Shown here: piece after piece, positions 17,792-30,683 of the stretch
Layout: every line of letters starts with the position of its first letter
Numbering within the stretch: the stretch's first letter is position 1
NCBI GenBank assembly: GCA_040876265.1
Contig: JBBDPN010000001.1
Coordinates: 182,208 to 246,207, forward strand
Direction of reading: 5' to 3'
Length of the DNA stretch: 64,000 nucleotides
Origin: Candidatus Woykebacteria bacterium
GTDB lineage: Bacteria > Patescibacteriota > Microgenomatia > Woykebacterales > RBG-16-39-9b
Notes under the pieces: generated by a model
Told to the model about the DNA's origin: nothing
What the model saw: the letters and a program-made list of their open reading frames with translations, nothing else
The model's database searches: none
Position numbers and translations under genes: made by a program

Positions 17792-18360
17792 ACTGGTTTT
17801 TCAGCTCCGGAGAGAACTGCACTACGGATTTTCTTCCACCAAGAAGCATCAAATTTCTTCAGCAGGGATAGCTGCTGTTTAAAAATTTCCTGAAAGTATG
17901 AATTCCCGGCCTGAACTTCTTCGTAACATTTGGAGAGAAGCTGCAACTTGTCAGCGATTTTTACTACTTGAGCTTCTATAATTTTTGCATCTATTTCTTC
18001 GTTCCACAACGCTACTAGCTCCTTTTTTAGATCCGTCGGCAAATCTACAAACACTTCATCAATCGTTTGTTGGTTTACCTTGCGGATAGCCGAATAAACC
18101 TGCTCGTTGAAATGTTTGAATGGGTTGAGTATATCTCCGGAAAAAGCTTCCTCCGCGTCATGAATGAGCGCTATAGAAAGCGCTTTTTTTACATCCACCC
18201 TCACTTTCTTTTTTTCCAGCAGCGCGCAAAGAATGAGAACTATATACGCGACGTAAAAGGAATGTTCGGCCACGCTTTCCGGAAAATGCTGCGGTCGATT
18301 GTTGAAACGGATCACATGAGCTAAATCGCGGTTTAGTATATGTTCGAATATCTTTCCCAT
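17788..18360 (-). CDS. HD-domain 5'-deoxynucleotidase (YfbR-like)
   Basis: IRF....ESVAEHSF, IHDAEE..SGDI..PFK, VKIADKL. Confidence 0.88.
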   Translation of the reverse strand: MGKIFEHILNRDLAHVIRFNNRPQHFPESVAEHSFYVAYIVLILCALLEKKKVRVDVKKALSIALIHDAEEAFSGDILNPFKHFNEQVYSAIRKVNQQTIDEVFVDLPTDLKKELVALWNEEIDAKIIEAQVVKIADKLQLLSKCYEEVQAGNSYFQEIFKQQLSLLKKFDASWWKKIRSAVLSGAEKPV

Positions 18361-18392
18361 AGAAGAGACATTTTAACAATCTACCCCTCTGT

Positions 18393-19487
18393 TTGCAAAA
18401 TAGGCCAATTATAGCTAGAATTAGGCACCCGCACTTCAAATCACGCATAGGGAGAGTGATCAACTTGGCAAAACCCCGGGCAGATTTGCAATACGTAGCC
18501 TATCGGATCGATGCGGCGATAAGGGAGGGTGCCGTAGCTGCAATTCCTATCTATCCTCTAACAGATGATCTGCAGACTCTCGGTCGGTGGCCTTCAAGCC
18601 TTTTCAGTCTCGAGAGCTTTAGGCGCCGCATGCCGCCTCTATATTTCGACACGCGGGAGAAATACGAAACGAAGTTCGAGAGAACCTGGGACAACAGAAG
18701 CACAATTCCGCCTTGTCTCTTCAACAGCCGTTTCGTATCGGTGACAAGCAGATCACCCGATTACGATTGGCTCCTGCAAGCGGGTCGGGAAGAACGTCGG
18801 GCTGTTCAAGTCATTGAAACATCCAGGGGGCTAAAGCGTCGGATATACGAGATCGTGCGGGATCTTTCGCACGGACAGCGGTCGTCTGTTTACAAGCAGG
18901 ATCAGTACGACGACGAAAGAGCTCGCTTGGAGACTATCCGATTTGAGCTCAAGGAAAGGCAGCGCAACCATGATCTCGAGTTGCTCTCTTTAACGCAGGA
19001 GGAGCTGGAGCTTAATCAGCTCACTAGCGCCCAAATCGGTATGAGGCTTGAGGAGATCAACCGGATAAAGGCTGACCTAGTAAGCAGAGCCGCAGCCCTC
19101 CAATCCTACGCCCGGCAGAGCAACCTGAGGCTTTTCTTCCTTGCCCAAAGTCTAGTGAATCTTCGCGGTAGTTTGATTCGGACAGCTCGGTTCAACCGCG
19201 CTTCGCTGCGGGAGTATTTGGTTGCTTACCGAAACGATCTGCTTCTTTACGGCAGCAAAGAGGTAAGACCGTTTCGCAACAACGCCAAACTCCTGCTCGA
19301 TAGAATACTGACAGATGTCCAGGTGGCTGATCGTAGCGAGATTATCCGTCTTTTGGGCATGGCTACCGAGCACGTTACCAGAGGTGCGGTGGTAATGACA
19401 CAGTGGGCTGACAAGTTGCCAGAGGACAAGAGGTTGATGGCGAACTTCGCTTTTGGCCAACCAGCCGTCCAACCACAACTACTATAG
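18393..19487 (+). CDS. Hypothetical protein with central coiled coil
   Basis: Long Arg/Leu-rich ORF; probable start near GTG 18456 or TTG 18465 after GGGAGAG. Confidence 0.65.
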   Translation: MQNRPIIARIRHPHFKSRIGRVINLAKPRADLQYVAYRIDAAIREGAVAAIPIYPLTDDLQTLGRWPSSLFSLESFRRRMPPLYFDTREKYETKFERTWDNRSTIPPCLFNSRFVSVTSRSPDYDWLLQAGREERRAVQVIETSRGLKRRIYEIVRDLSHGQRSSVYKQDQYDDERARLETIRFELKERQRNHDLELLSLTQEELELNQLTSAQIGMRLEEINRIKADLVSRAAALQSYARQSNLRLFFLAQSLVNLRGSLIRTARFNRASLREYLVAYRNDLLLYGSKEVRPFRNNAKLLLDRILTDVQVADRSEIIRLLGMATEHVTRGAVVMTQWADKLPEDKRLMANFAFGQPAVQPQLL

Positions 19488-19546
19488 GTTGACGGTACGT
19501 ACGAAAAGTGCTATAGTAGTCAAAACGAGGAAGTAAAGGAGGTTCG

Positions 19547-19849
19547 ATGGATACATGCGTCATAGACGGGGCCCAGACCAATAAGAGATGTTGGTTCTGT
19601 GGCATCCCAGTCTGCGAAAAGGACTCGTTTTCCTTTATGGGGAAACATGCCTGCAGGTGGCCGGTTGATGGGTGCATTGAGGAAAGAGAGCGCTACATCG
19701 AGAAGAAGGCTGCTGAAGGCAAGGTTTGTCCAGAGTGTAGGTCACAAGGGATAGGTGTCGAGGGTAACTTCGCAACCTGCACCCAACTAGGCTGTGGCCA
19801 CACATGGCAGATCGGTCGGGCCGCCGTGAGTCGCTTACCAACCAGGTAA
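19547..19849 (+). CDS. Small Cys-rich zinc-finger protein
   Basis: C..CWFC.IPVC..HAC..C and CPEC..CTQLGC motifs; SD AAGGAGG. Confidence 0.7.
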   Translation: MDTCVIDGAQTNKRCWFCGIPVCEKDSFSFMGKHACRWPVDGCIEERERYIEKKAAEGKVCPECRSQGIGVEGNFATCTQLGCGHTWQIGRAAVSRLPTR

Positions 19850-19917
19850 GAGACGAACCGGCGGTCTTTCCATTTTATGATTGTCTTTTCCACAGCATCT
19901 GTGTTAAAAATTTAAGG

Positions 19918-21237
19918 ATGGATCTCCCAAAAACCGACCCGGTAATTTATGACCTTATAAAGAAAGAAGAAAAAAGACAGTTTGAAGTGCTGGAAATGAT
20001 CCCTTCGGAAAATTACGCTTCGGTAGCGGTTCGCAGTGCCCTTGGCACTGTCCTCACCAATAAATACTCCGAGGGTTACCCGAAGAAAAGATATTATCAG
20101 GGAAACAAAGTGATCGATGAGGTGGAGATACTTGCGGAGGAACGAGCTAAAAAACTCTTCGGTGTGCCGTATGTAAACGTTCAACCACTCTCTGGCTCCC
20201 CGGCAAATTTAGCAGTTTACGTCGCGCTTCTTGAACCGCTAAAAGACAAAATCATGGGTTTATCACTTTCTTTTGGCGGTCATCTGACTCATGGGCAGCC
20301 CCAATCGATAACCGGAAAATATTTTAAAAGCGTTCTTTACGAACTTGGTAAAGACGGTTACCTAGATTATGACAAAATTGAAGAGCAAGCGATCCGTGAA
20401 AAACCAAAGATAATCGTTTGTGGTTACACTGCTTACCCTAGAACCATCGATTTCAAACGTTTTGGCGAAATCGCCGAAAAGAGCGGTGCGTATCTACTGG
20501 CCGATATATCCCATATCGCCGGTTTAGTTGTAGCTGGAGCTCATCCAGATCCTGCTCCTTACGTGCACGTAATAACTACCACTACTCACAAAACGCTGCG
20601 GGGTCCTCGCGGAGCGTTGATTATGGCAACTGAAAAAGGACTGCGGAAAGACCCGGATCTGGGTAAAAAAATCGATAGCGCTATTATTCCTGGTATTCAA
20701 GGAGGTCCTCACGATGATCAGACGGCGGCAATAGCGGTTGCCTTGAGGGAAGCGACCGAACCGAAATTTAAAAATTATTGCCAGCAGATCGTCAAAAACA
20801 CCAAGGTTTTGGCCGAAGAATTGCTAGAAAGGGATTTTAATTTGGTCAGCGGCGGTAGCGATAATCACTTAATTCTCATTGATTTGAGAAGCAAAGGTAT
20901 CAATGGAGCACTGACTGCTTTTGCACTGGAGACTGCAAATATTGTTGTAAATAAAAACAGTGTGCCGTTTGAGGATAATCCCCCCTTTTACCCCTCCGGT
21001 ATTAGGCTCGGAACTCCCGCAATTACAACTCGCGGAATGAAAGAAGCGGAAATGGTAAAAATCGCGGCCTGGTTTGAAGAAACTGTTGCTGAAATTAAGG
21101 ATGAGAAGCTGCCACAAGAAAAAGAAGCCAGAAAAGTTTTTATGAAGGATTTTAGGAACAGAGTTTTAAAAAATAAGAGAGTATTGAGTATTGCGGAAGA
21201 GGTAAAAAAATTTACCGCCGCTTTTCCAGTTCCTTGA
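19918..21237 (+). CDS. glyA: Serine hydroxymethyltransferase
   Basis: IPSENY, NKYSEGYP, GGHLTHG, TTTTHKTLRGPRG, SGIRLGTPA; start trimmed to ATG 19918. Confidence 0.97.
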   Translation: MDLPKTDPVIYDLIKKEEKRQFEVLEMIPSENYASVAVRSALGTVLTNKYSEGYPKKRYYQGNKVIDEVEILAEERAKKLFGVPYVNVQPLSGSPANLAVYVALLEPLKDKIMGLSLSFGGHLTHGQPQSITGKYFKSVLYELGKDGYLDYDKIEEQAIREKPKIIVCGYTAYPRTIDFKRFGEIAEKSGAYLLADISHIAGLVVAGAHPDPAPYVHVITTTTHKTLRGPRGALIMATEKGLRKDPDLGKKIDSAIIPGIQGGPHDDQTAAIAVALREATEPKFKNYCQQIVKNTKVLAEELLERDFNLVSGGSDNHLILIDLRSKGINGALTAFALETANIVVNKNSVPFEDNPPFYPSGIRLGTPAITTRGMKEAEMVKIAAWFEETVAEIKDEKLPQEKEARKVFMKDFRNRVLKNKRVLSIAEEVKKFTAAFPVP

Positions 21238-21280
21238 CACCTCTTGGTTAAAGAGATTATTCTCAAAATAGAGTTTTGAA

Positions 21281-23563
21281 ATGGTTATACCTGCTTCCAA
21301 CCTTTCGGTTTTATTTGATTTCATATTTAATCCCTGGGCTCTTTTTTCTGTTTGGGCAGTAGGTATAAACACAATCTTGCTCTACCTCATCCTTTCTAAA
21401 GGAATTCAGGTTTCTGCTAATCGCTGGTTTACATTAGTTCTACTCAGTTTAATAGTCTGGGGAGTTTTTGAAACCTTGGATCGATCTAGTGCTACCCCTA
21501 TCGCCAGTGATTTTTGGTCGTTAGCCGGTATGTTCGGATGGATTTTCGTACCGCCTGTTTTTCTATCATTCACCCTCTCTTACATTGGTAAGGAACAGAT
21601 TTTATCTAGGCTTTCTACACAAGTGACTTTGTTTGGTCCTTCTCTACTGCTTCTATTCCTCGGCTTGACTACAGATTTAATAAACAATAGGAATATCCAG
21701 CAAATCCAAAGGACATTTTACGGTTGGGAGGCGCCAAGCGCGCCATATTTTTGGGTAGCGCTGGGTTGGATTGATCTGCTATTGGTTGCTTCACTAGTGC
21801 TTTTGATAAGACATTGGGCAAAGTCAAACGATAAGATTTCGAGGAGACAAACGGCACTTTTTATATCTGCGGTCCTTATACCTGTTGTAGGCGGTTCAAT
21901 AACGAACGGTTTACTTCCGATTTTTGGGGTTCAAGTCTACCAGGCTGCTGTGCTATTAACTTCGATTATGAGCTTAATTATCGCCTACGCAATTCTTAAA
22001 TATAAATTGTTCGTAATAAACCCTGCTACTGTTGCGACCAACATCGTCAACACAATGAACGAGATAATGATCGTGTTCAACTTGAACTATATTATCGAGT
22101 TTGCTAATAAAGCAGCCAAAAACGTTTTAGGTTACGATGAAGAAAGATTAGTCGGGCAACATATCAAGAAAATAATTTCAGGAGATTGGGAGAGTTTGCG
22201 CGGTGGTGTTTTGAAGCCACTTTCTTCCGGACAAACAATTTCTGGTGTTGACCTTGAGTTAGTTTCAACTTCCGATAAGAAAATACCAGTTACTTTCTCG
22301 GCCTCGCCTCTTAAAGATCAAAATGGGAATATGTATGGAGTTGTAAGCGTTGCTGCTGATATAAGTAAGATCCGCGATCTATTCGCCGATATTACTGCTG
22401 AAAGAAACAAGCTTACCACCACGATAGAGTCTATTGTTGATGGCGTGCTGGCTCTAGATTTTGAGGGTCGCGTTATTACTATAAATTCACCGGCTCTAAA
22501 AATGCTTGATTTTGGAGCAAAAGATATTGTTGGTAAGGATATTGACCAGGTGATGAAAATATTTGATAAAAATGGCAAAAGAATTTTCTTCAAAGATCTC
22601 GTATCTCGGAGGAGGTTAGAAAAGGATACGGTTGTTTTCCGTAGAGAAGACTTAAAAATTATTACCCAACACAACAAAACTATATATGTAAATTTAGTGA
22701 GCTCAGCCATAAAAGAGGGTCTGGAGGTTGGTTTGGGCGCAATAATAACCATGAATGATATTTCTGGTGAGAAAGAGCTGGAAGAAATGAAGATTGATTT
22801 TGTATCGATGGCTGCTCACGAGCTGCGGACACCGCTTACTTCTATTCGAGGTTACCTTTCAGTACTTCAGGAAGAGTTGGCAAAAAGCCTGTCTTCTGAG
22901 CAGCAATCCTTTCTTGATAAAGCTTTTATTTCCTCATCTCAGCTAGCCGCGCTTGTAGAGAATCTTCTTTCTGTCTCCAGGATCGAAAGAGGAGCTATGA
23001 AAATTGAGGCCTCACCGCAAGACTGGCAAGTGGTTTTGCAAGAAACGATTACTAGCTTTTTACCACTTGCCCAGGAGAAAGGGATCAAATTAACTTTAAA
23101 TTGCCCGGAAAAGTTGTCACCTGTTTCGGTAGACAAATTTCGTATTGGTGAAGTACTTTCAAATTTGGTTGGTAACGCCTTAAACTATACTGATAAAGGT
23201 GGAGTGGTAGAAATAACGGCTCGAACAGATAAAAAAGAACATGTCGTTTTAACATCAGTAAGAGATACTGGTCAAGGGATTCCGGAGAGCGCGCTGCCCC
23301 GACTGTTTACAAAATTCTTCAGAGTTTCTGGTGTCTTGGAGCAAGGATCAAAAGGGACTGGTCTTGGGCTTTATATTTCTAGGGCCATCGTAGATATGCA
23401 CGGGGGGAAAATCTGGGTTGAATCCGAACTTGGCAAAGGTAGCACCTTCTTCTTCACTGTTCCAACTACGCAAACTACCAAACCACTAAAATCTGTTCCT
23501 GGAGCCTTCAAACCAAAAAGAATTTTTATTAAGAAAAACAACAAATTGGTAGCCTCCGTTTGA
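21281..23563 (+). CDS. Sensor histidine kinase (HisKA_7TM, two PAS, HisKA, HATPase)
   Basis: About 7 TM N-terminus, PAS repeats, AHELRTPL, NLVGNA, DTGQG, GTGLGL. Confidence 0.93.
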   Translation: MVIPASNLSVLFDFIFNPWALFSVWAVGINTILLYLILSKGIQVSANRWFTLVLLSLIVWGVFETLDRSSATPIASDFWSLAGMFGWIFVPPVFLSFTLSYIGKEQILSRLSTQVTLFGPSLLLLFLGLTTDLINNRNIQQIQRTFYGWEAPSAPYFWVALGWIDLLLVASLVLLIRHWAKSNDKISRRQTALFISAVLIPVVGGSITNGLLPIFGVQVYQAAVLLTSIMSLIIAYAILKYKLFVINPATVATNIVNTMNEIMIVFNLNYIIEFANKAAKNVLGYDEERLVGQHIKKIISGDWESLRGGVLKPLSSGQTISGVDLELVSTSDKKIPVTFSASPLKDQNGNMYGVVSVAADISKIRDLFADITAERNKLTTTIESIVDGVLALDFEGRVITINSPALKMLDFGAKDIVGKDIDQVMKIFDKNGKRIFFKDLVSRRRLEKDTVVFRREDLKIITQHNKTIYVNLVSSAIKEGLEVGLGAIITMNDISGEKELEEMKIDFVSMAAHELRTPLTSIRGYLSVLQEELAKSLSSEQQSFLDKAFISSSQLAALVENLLSVSRIERGAMKIEASPQDWQVVLQETITSFLPLAQEKGIKLTLNCPEKLSPVSVDKFRIGEVLSNLVGNALNYTDKGGVVEITARTDKKEHVVLTSVRDTGQGIPESALPRLFTKFFRVSGVLEQGSKGTGLGLYISRAIVDMHGGKIWVESELGKGSTFFFTVPTTQTTKPLKSVPGAFKPKRIFIKKNNKLVASV

Positions 23564-23566
23564 GGC

Positions 23567-26059
23567 TTACTTTGATTTCTTCTCTTCCTTACTTATCTGC
23601 TCTTTTTGGATACTTGAAGCTGCTGCAACGAGATCAGCCTTGTCAGAAAATCTAATTAAAATCACTCCTTGGGTCTGACGAGTGAGCACAGGGATGTCCT
23701 TAATAGGTAGTTTAATAACCTGTCCCTTTTTACTGGTTAATATTAGCTGCTGATCTTTCTGATTAATTACCTTTGCCGCTACTAAATTCCCGTTACGAGT
23801 TGTTAACTCTGCCGCCTTTACCCCAATCCCAGCTCTATTTTGTACTGGCCAATCCTTTATTTTGCTCCTCTTGCCAAATCCTCTTTCAGTTACTACGACT
23901 AGTTCTCCACCCTTGACTGACTTATCCATTGTAATGATAATGTCGTGGCTCTTTAAACGAATGCCCATTACCCCGGCAGTGGCTCTACCCATTGGTCTGA
24001 CGTTTTTTTCGGAGAATCTAATTGACATGCCTGCCTTTGTAACCATAAGTATTTCGTCGCTGCCGTTGGTAAGTTTGACCCAGGCAAGCTCATCGCCACT
24101 GTTAAGCCTAATCGCTATCATCCCGCTTTTTCTTATATGTTCAAAATCTTTGACGCTGGTCTTCTTGACAATACCCCCCCTTGTGGCCATAAAGAGGTAG
24201 GCAGACCCGGCTTTGGCATTTTTTGTTATGGCCAGGATAGAAGTTACCGCTTCCGATTGTTCTAAGTTAATAAGATTGACGATCGCCGCCCCCTTCGAAT
24301 ATCTGCTCCCCTCTGGTAGTTCGTATACTTTAATCTGAAATACCCGGCCTTTATTGGTAAAAAACATTAACGAGTCGTGGGTGTTTGCTGAAAAAATGTC
24401 GGCGACAGTATCTTCTTCCTTCATAGACACTCCGCTGACTCCTTTTCCGCCTCTGCCTTGTGTTCTAAAGGCGGACATAGGGCTTCTTTTTATGTAACCG
24501 CCTTTGGTGATTGTTACGATTACTTGCTCGGAGGGGATCAGGTCTTCTTCTGAAAAGTCCCCCACTGGTTGGGCATACACCCTAGTTCGTCTTTCATCAC
24601 CATATTTTTCTTTCAAATCGAGCAACTCTTTTTCTATTACAGCGAGTATTTTTTTTGGAGAAGATAGTAGATCTTCTAAATAACCAATTGTTTTTAGGAT
24701 TTCCTTATACTCGTCCTCTATTTTTTGCCTTTCCAAGGCAGCTAATCGTCTTAGTTGCATATCAAGAATTGCGGTAGCTTGAATTTCGGTGAATTTAAAG
24801 CGCTTCATCAGATTGATCCTAGCTGTGTCTGCATCTTTAGATTTTCGGATAGTTTCTATTACAGCGTCTAGATGATCAAGCGCAATTTTTAGTCCTTCTA
24901 GGATGTGAGCTCGGTTTTTGGCTGCGTCGAGTTCGAATTGAGTTCTTCTGGTTACTATCTGCTGGCGATGACGAATGTACTCAGTCAGAACCTGCTTAAG
25001 GGTAAGAGTAAGAGGTATACCGTCGACTAAAGCTACTGTGTTTACATTAAAGGCGAGTTGCATAGCGGTGTATTTGTAAAGATTGTTTAATAGTGCTCGT
25101 GGTCGGGCGTCTCTCTTTAGCTCAATTGCAATTCTCATACCGGTGCGGTCAGATTCGTCTCTAAGATCTGAAATCCCTTCGAGTTTCTTCTCCTTCACTA
25201 GGGAGGCTATTCTAGCCACTAGCTGAGCTTTATTTACTTGATAAGGCAATTGCGAAACTATGATATTAAACTTCCCGCTTCTGTCCTCCTCAATCTCAGC
25301 TTTTGCTCTCATCACCACCTTTCCCTTACCACTGGCGTAGGCAGACCTTATCTCGTTTATATCAAAAATTGCACCACCGGTAGGAAAATCCGGCCCTTTT
25401 ATAAAGTTCATCAAGTCTTCTATGTTGCTCTCAGGGTTATTGATTAGATGGGTTATGGCGTCGCAGACCTCGTTTAAATTGTGAGGTGGGATATTGGTAG
25501 CCATACCGACTGCAATACCAGCTGATCCGTTTACCAATAGGTTTGGTACTTTTGCTGGTAGTGGGATTGGTTCTTTTTTTGTACCGTCGAAGTTATCAAC
25601 GAAATCCACGGTGTTCTTATCAATATCAGCGAGCATCTCAGAGGCGATTTTTGCCATTCTAGCCTCTGTGTATCTCATAGCTGCCGGCGGATCGCCGTCA
25701 ATCGAGCCAAAATTACCTTGACCATCTATGAGCGGTATCCTCATGGCAAAGTCTTGTGCCAGCCTGACCAAGGCGTCGTAGACTGGAGCATCTCCGTGAG
25801 GGTGGTATTTTCCGAGGACTTCACCAACTACAGTAGCGCTTTTTCGATATTTACTATCGGACGTAAGACCGAGCCCGTGCATCGCGTAAAGTATTCGGCG
25901 GTGGACTGGTTTTAAGCCGTCCTTAACGTCTGGCAGAGCCCGCGAGACAATTACACTCATTGCGTAGTCTAGATAGCTACGCTGCATTTCTTCTGTTATT
26001 TCAATTGGCTGTATCTGTCCAATGTTGTCGTTAACGCCTTCCCCGTCTGTCTCAGCCAT
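23567..26059 (-). CDS. gyrA: DNA gyrase subunit A
   Basis: YHPHGD, AAMRYTE catalytic Tyr, GyrA-box QGRGGKG. Confidence 0.98.
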   Translation of the reverse strand: MAETDGEGVNDNIGQIQPIEITEEMQRSYLDYAMSVIVSRALPDVKDGLKPVHRRILYAMHGLGLTSDSKYRKSATVVGEVLGKYHPHGDAPVYDALVRLAQDFAMRIPLIDGQGNFGSIDGDPPAAMRYTEARMAKIASEMLADIDKNTVDFVDNFDGTKKEPIPLPAKVPNLLVNGSAGIAVGMATNIPPHNLNEVCDAITHLINNPESNIEDLMNFIKGPDFPTGGAIFDINEIRSAYASGKGKVVMRAKAEIEEDRSGKFNIIVSQLPYQVNKAQLVARIASLVKEKKLEGISDLRDESDRTGMRIAIELKRDARPRALLNNLYKYTAMQLAFNVNTVALVDGIPLTLTLKQVLTEYIRHRQQIVTRRTQFELDAAKNRAHILEGLKIALDHLDAVIETIRKSKDADTARINLMKRFKFTEIQATAILDMQLRRLAALERQKIEDEYKEILKTIGYLEDLLSSPKKILAVIEKELLDLKEKYGDERRTRVYAQPVGDFSEEDLIPSEQVIVTITKGGYIKRSPMSAFRTQGRGGKGVSGVSMKEEDTVADIFSANTHDSLMFFTNKGRVFQIKVYELPEGSRYSKGAAIVNLINLEQSEAVTSILAITKNAKAGSAYLFMATRGGIVKKTSVKDFEHIRKSGMIAIRLNSGDELAWVKLTNGSDEILMVTKAGMSIRFSEKNVRPMGRATAGVMGIRLKSHDIIITMDKSVKGGELVVVTERGFGKRSKIKDWPVQNRAGIGVKAAELTTRNGNLVAAKVINQKDQQLILTSKKGQVIKLPIKDIPVLTRQTQGVILIRFSDKADLVAAASSIQKEQISKEEKKSK

Positions 26060-26106
26060 TGCTTCTTAACTCCTCAAATTGAAGTTGGGTAAATTTTATT
26101 GAGCGT

Positions 26107-28056
<1,950 letters not shown>

Positions 28057-28138
28057 TCAAACTACTATATTTTACTTTGTTACTACCTTTCTTGCAAGGA
28101 ATAGGTTGTTTTGAAAATTCGCTAAATCGTATAAGGAG

Positions 28139-28777
28139 TTAACCTTTTGGAGTTTCCAATATCAAAATGGATTTTATCAGTTTTTGCGAAGCTCTTCGCC
28201 TTTGTAAAGACTTAAGTTTATTAATCAACTTTATATAATTTAATATTTTATTTACTCCCGCCTTCTCCGTAAATTCGTTCTCGTAAACAAGATCCAGTAA
28301 TTTCTTTCTCCACGTCCCTAGCCACCTGTTTATATCTAGTTTATCAGTTGATCGATAGGCGGAAAGCAGCGACCCGGTGGTGAATTCTGGTTGGAGATCG
28401 TCTTGGTGTTTAATAATGTCTGAATGAAGGTTGATTTTTTCGCACCGCGAAGAAATTGTCGAGAGGATATTCTCTGTGGTTGGCGATGTTAGTACAAATC
28501 GAGTGCTGGTAGGCGGTTCCTCTAAGATCTTTAATAAAGCATTTTGGGCTTCGACTGTGAGGGCTTGAGCCTCCAAAATTATAATTGTTCGAATCGGAGA
28601 ATTATAGGGTTTTTTCTGGGCTAGATAAATTAAATTTCTTATTTCGGCTATCCCAGACTGGGTCTTTGCAAGTAGAGTTATGATGTCAAATTTTGACGAG
28701 CCTGCAGAAGCAGATCGCCTGGCCTCCTCCACTCTCTTTTTCTCCTGGCCTCCGACAAATAACATAGGTAAGTTCAT
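28139..28777 (-). CDS. holB: DNA polymerase III delta-prime-like protein (short)
   Basis: LTVEAQNALLKILEEPP and LSTISSRC clamp-loader motifs; TGcTACAAT 7 nt before ATG 28777. Confidence 0.75.
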   Translation of the reverse strand: MNLPMLFVGGQEKKRVEEARRSASAGSSKFDIITLLAKTQSGIAEIRNLIYLAQKKPYNSPIRTIIILEAQALTVEAQNALLKILEEPPTSTRFVLTSPTTENILSTISSRCEKINLHSDIIKHQDDLQPEFTTGSLLSAYRSTDKLDINRWLGTWRKKLLDLVYENEFTEKAGVNKILNYIKLINKLKSLQRRRASQKLIKSILILETPKG

Positions 28778-28897
28778 GATTGACATTGTAGCAGGCCAAA
28801 AGATAAAATATCAATCAAGCCAATATTTTACACTGATCGAAAATCAGTGTAGAATGAAATTAAGTTCCACACACTTCACGGAACGAGGGTCTGCCCG

Positions 28898-30664
28898 ATG
28901 CCAGAAGTCACCGAAAAAGGCGTAGAGGACATATTATTTGAACAGGGTAAGCTTACGAAAGATAAGCTTTCAATGGTTAAGATGGAAGCTATCAATTCTG
29001 GTAAGCAACCCGAAGAAGTACTACTTGAGCGAAAATTCTCCAGTCTTGAAGATATCACTTCCGCGCGTGCTCAACTTCTTGGCATTGAGTTTGTAGACCC
29101 CACAAACAAACCGGTAGCGGCTGATATTTTAAGCAAGATTCCCGAACCAGTCGCCCGCCGCTACACGCTGATACCTTTCCAATTTGATAATCAAACGGGC
29201 ACCCTTGCTGTAGCAATGGCCGACCCACTAGACCTGCAGGTGGTTGAATTTATTGAAAGAAAAAGTCAGACAAGGATAAAACCCTTTATTTCTACCCCTG
29301 ACCTGATCGAGCACGCGATAAATGAGTCCTACTCGCAGAATCTAAGTACCCAAGTATCAGCGGCCTTGGAAGAAGTAAGCGGTTTGGTGGAAGCAAAGGA
29401 AGAGATTACCGATCTTGGCAAAGTTGAGGAGATAATAAAGGAAGCTCCAGTAGCGAAAATAGTTTCAACTTTGGTTGAGTACGCTATGAAATCTGCAGCT
29501 AGCGATATCCATATCGAGGCGTTGGAGGATAGAACAAGGGTGCGTTATCGAATTGACGGAATTTTGCAAGAACGCGTTGTCTTACCTCGAAAAGTCCACG
29601 AAGCCCTGATATCCAGGATTAAAATTCTTTCCAATTTGAAAATTGACGAAAAAAGAATACCTCAGGACGGTAGATTTACCTTTAAATTAAAGGACAACGT
29701 AGTCGATTTGCGGATTGCTACCCTCCCTACTGTAAACGGGGAGAAGGTTGTGATGAGGCTTTTACCAAAAGCTGGTTCAGCCCCTACCCTGTCTGATCTT
29801 GGGCTACGAGGCAGTGCTTTGAAGGTTTTCGAGGGGAACATTATTAAGCCTCACGGAATTATTTTGATAACCGGTCCTACCGGTTCTGGAAAGACAACCA
29901 CCCTCTTCTCTATCTTATCAAAAATTAATTCGCCCAAAGTAAATATCGTGACCCTTGAGGATCCGGTGGAGTATCAAATTCCCGGGGTAAATCAAGTCCA
30001 AATCAACCCAACTGCTGGCCTGACGTTTGCTTCTGGCTTGAGGAGTTTTTTGAGGCAAGATCCTAATATAATCATGGTGGGTGAAATACGCGATGGTGAG
30101 ACAGCTGGTTTGGCGATACAAGCTTCTCTTACTGGGCACCTGGTATTTTCTACACTGCACACCAACTCTTCGTCTGGATCTTTACCCAGACTGCTGGATA
30201 TGGGCGCCGAAACGTTTTTACTGGCTTCTTCAATAAATTCGGTAGTTGCTCAAAGAGTTGTCAGGAAAATATGTCCTGATTGCAAACAAGAATACGATCC
30301 CCCCGTCCCAGTTGTCGACGATTTTAAAAAAACTCTTGGCGATCTTCTTCACGATAAGCACACAAAATTTTCTGACCAGGAGCAAAAGGATTTACAGGAG
30401 CTTGGGGGTAAGAAATTTAAGCTTTTCAAAGGAAAAGGCTGCAACAAATGTGGGGATTCTGGTTACAAGGGAAGGATCGGGATATTTGAAGTACTTTTGG
30501 TTAGTGAGAAAATGGCGAGGCTGATTCTAGAGCGCGCGCCAGCGGGTAAAATCGAACAACAAGCAGTAGAAGACGGTATGGTGAAGCTTATACAAGACGG
30601 TTATTTAAAAGCCCTAGAGGGTATAACTACAATTGAAGAGGTGCTCCGCGTAGCGCGTGAGTAA
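28898..30664 (+). CDS. pilB: Type IV pilus assembly ATPase (PilB/GspE)
   Basis: ASDIHIE, PQDGR, GPTGSGKTTT, LRQDPNIIMVGEIRD, CPDC..CNKC Zn motif. Confidence 0.95.
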   Translation: MPEVTEKGVEDILFEQGKLTKDKLSMVKMEAINSGKQPEEVLLERKFSSLEDITSARAQLLGIEFVDPTNKPVAADILSKIPEPVARRYTLIPFQFDNQTGTLAVAMADPLDLQVVEFIERKSQTRIKPFISTPDLIEHAINESYSQNLSTQVSAALEEVSGLVEAKEEITDLGKVEEIIKEAPVAKIVSTLVEYAMKSAASDIHIEALEDRTRVRYRIDGILQERVVLPRKVHEALISRIKILSNLKIDEKRIPQDGRFTFKLKDNVVDLRIATLPTVNGEKVVMRLLPKAGSAPTLSDLGLRGSALKVFEGNIIKPHGIILITGPTGSGKTTTLFSILSKINSPKVNIVTLEDPVEYQIPGVNQVQINPTAGLTFASGLRSFLRQDPNIIMVGEIRDGETAGLAIQASLTGHLVFSTLHTNSSSGSLPRLLDMGAETFLLASSINSVVAQRVVRKICPDCKQEYDPPVPVVDDFKKTLGDLLHDKHTKFSDQEQKDLQELGGKKFKLFKGKGCNKCGDSGYKGRIGIFEVLLVSEKMARLILERAPAGKIEQQAVEDGMVKLIQDGYLKALEGITTIEEVLRVARE

Positions 30665-30683
30665 CTCAAAAGGAGGTTAATAA

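Noticed and set aside
19804-19917. Longer glyA N-terminus, or a ZTP/THF riboswitch upstream of glyA
   Set aside because: SHMT homology begins near ATG 19918, and the 68-nt gap shows no recognisable aptamer.
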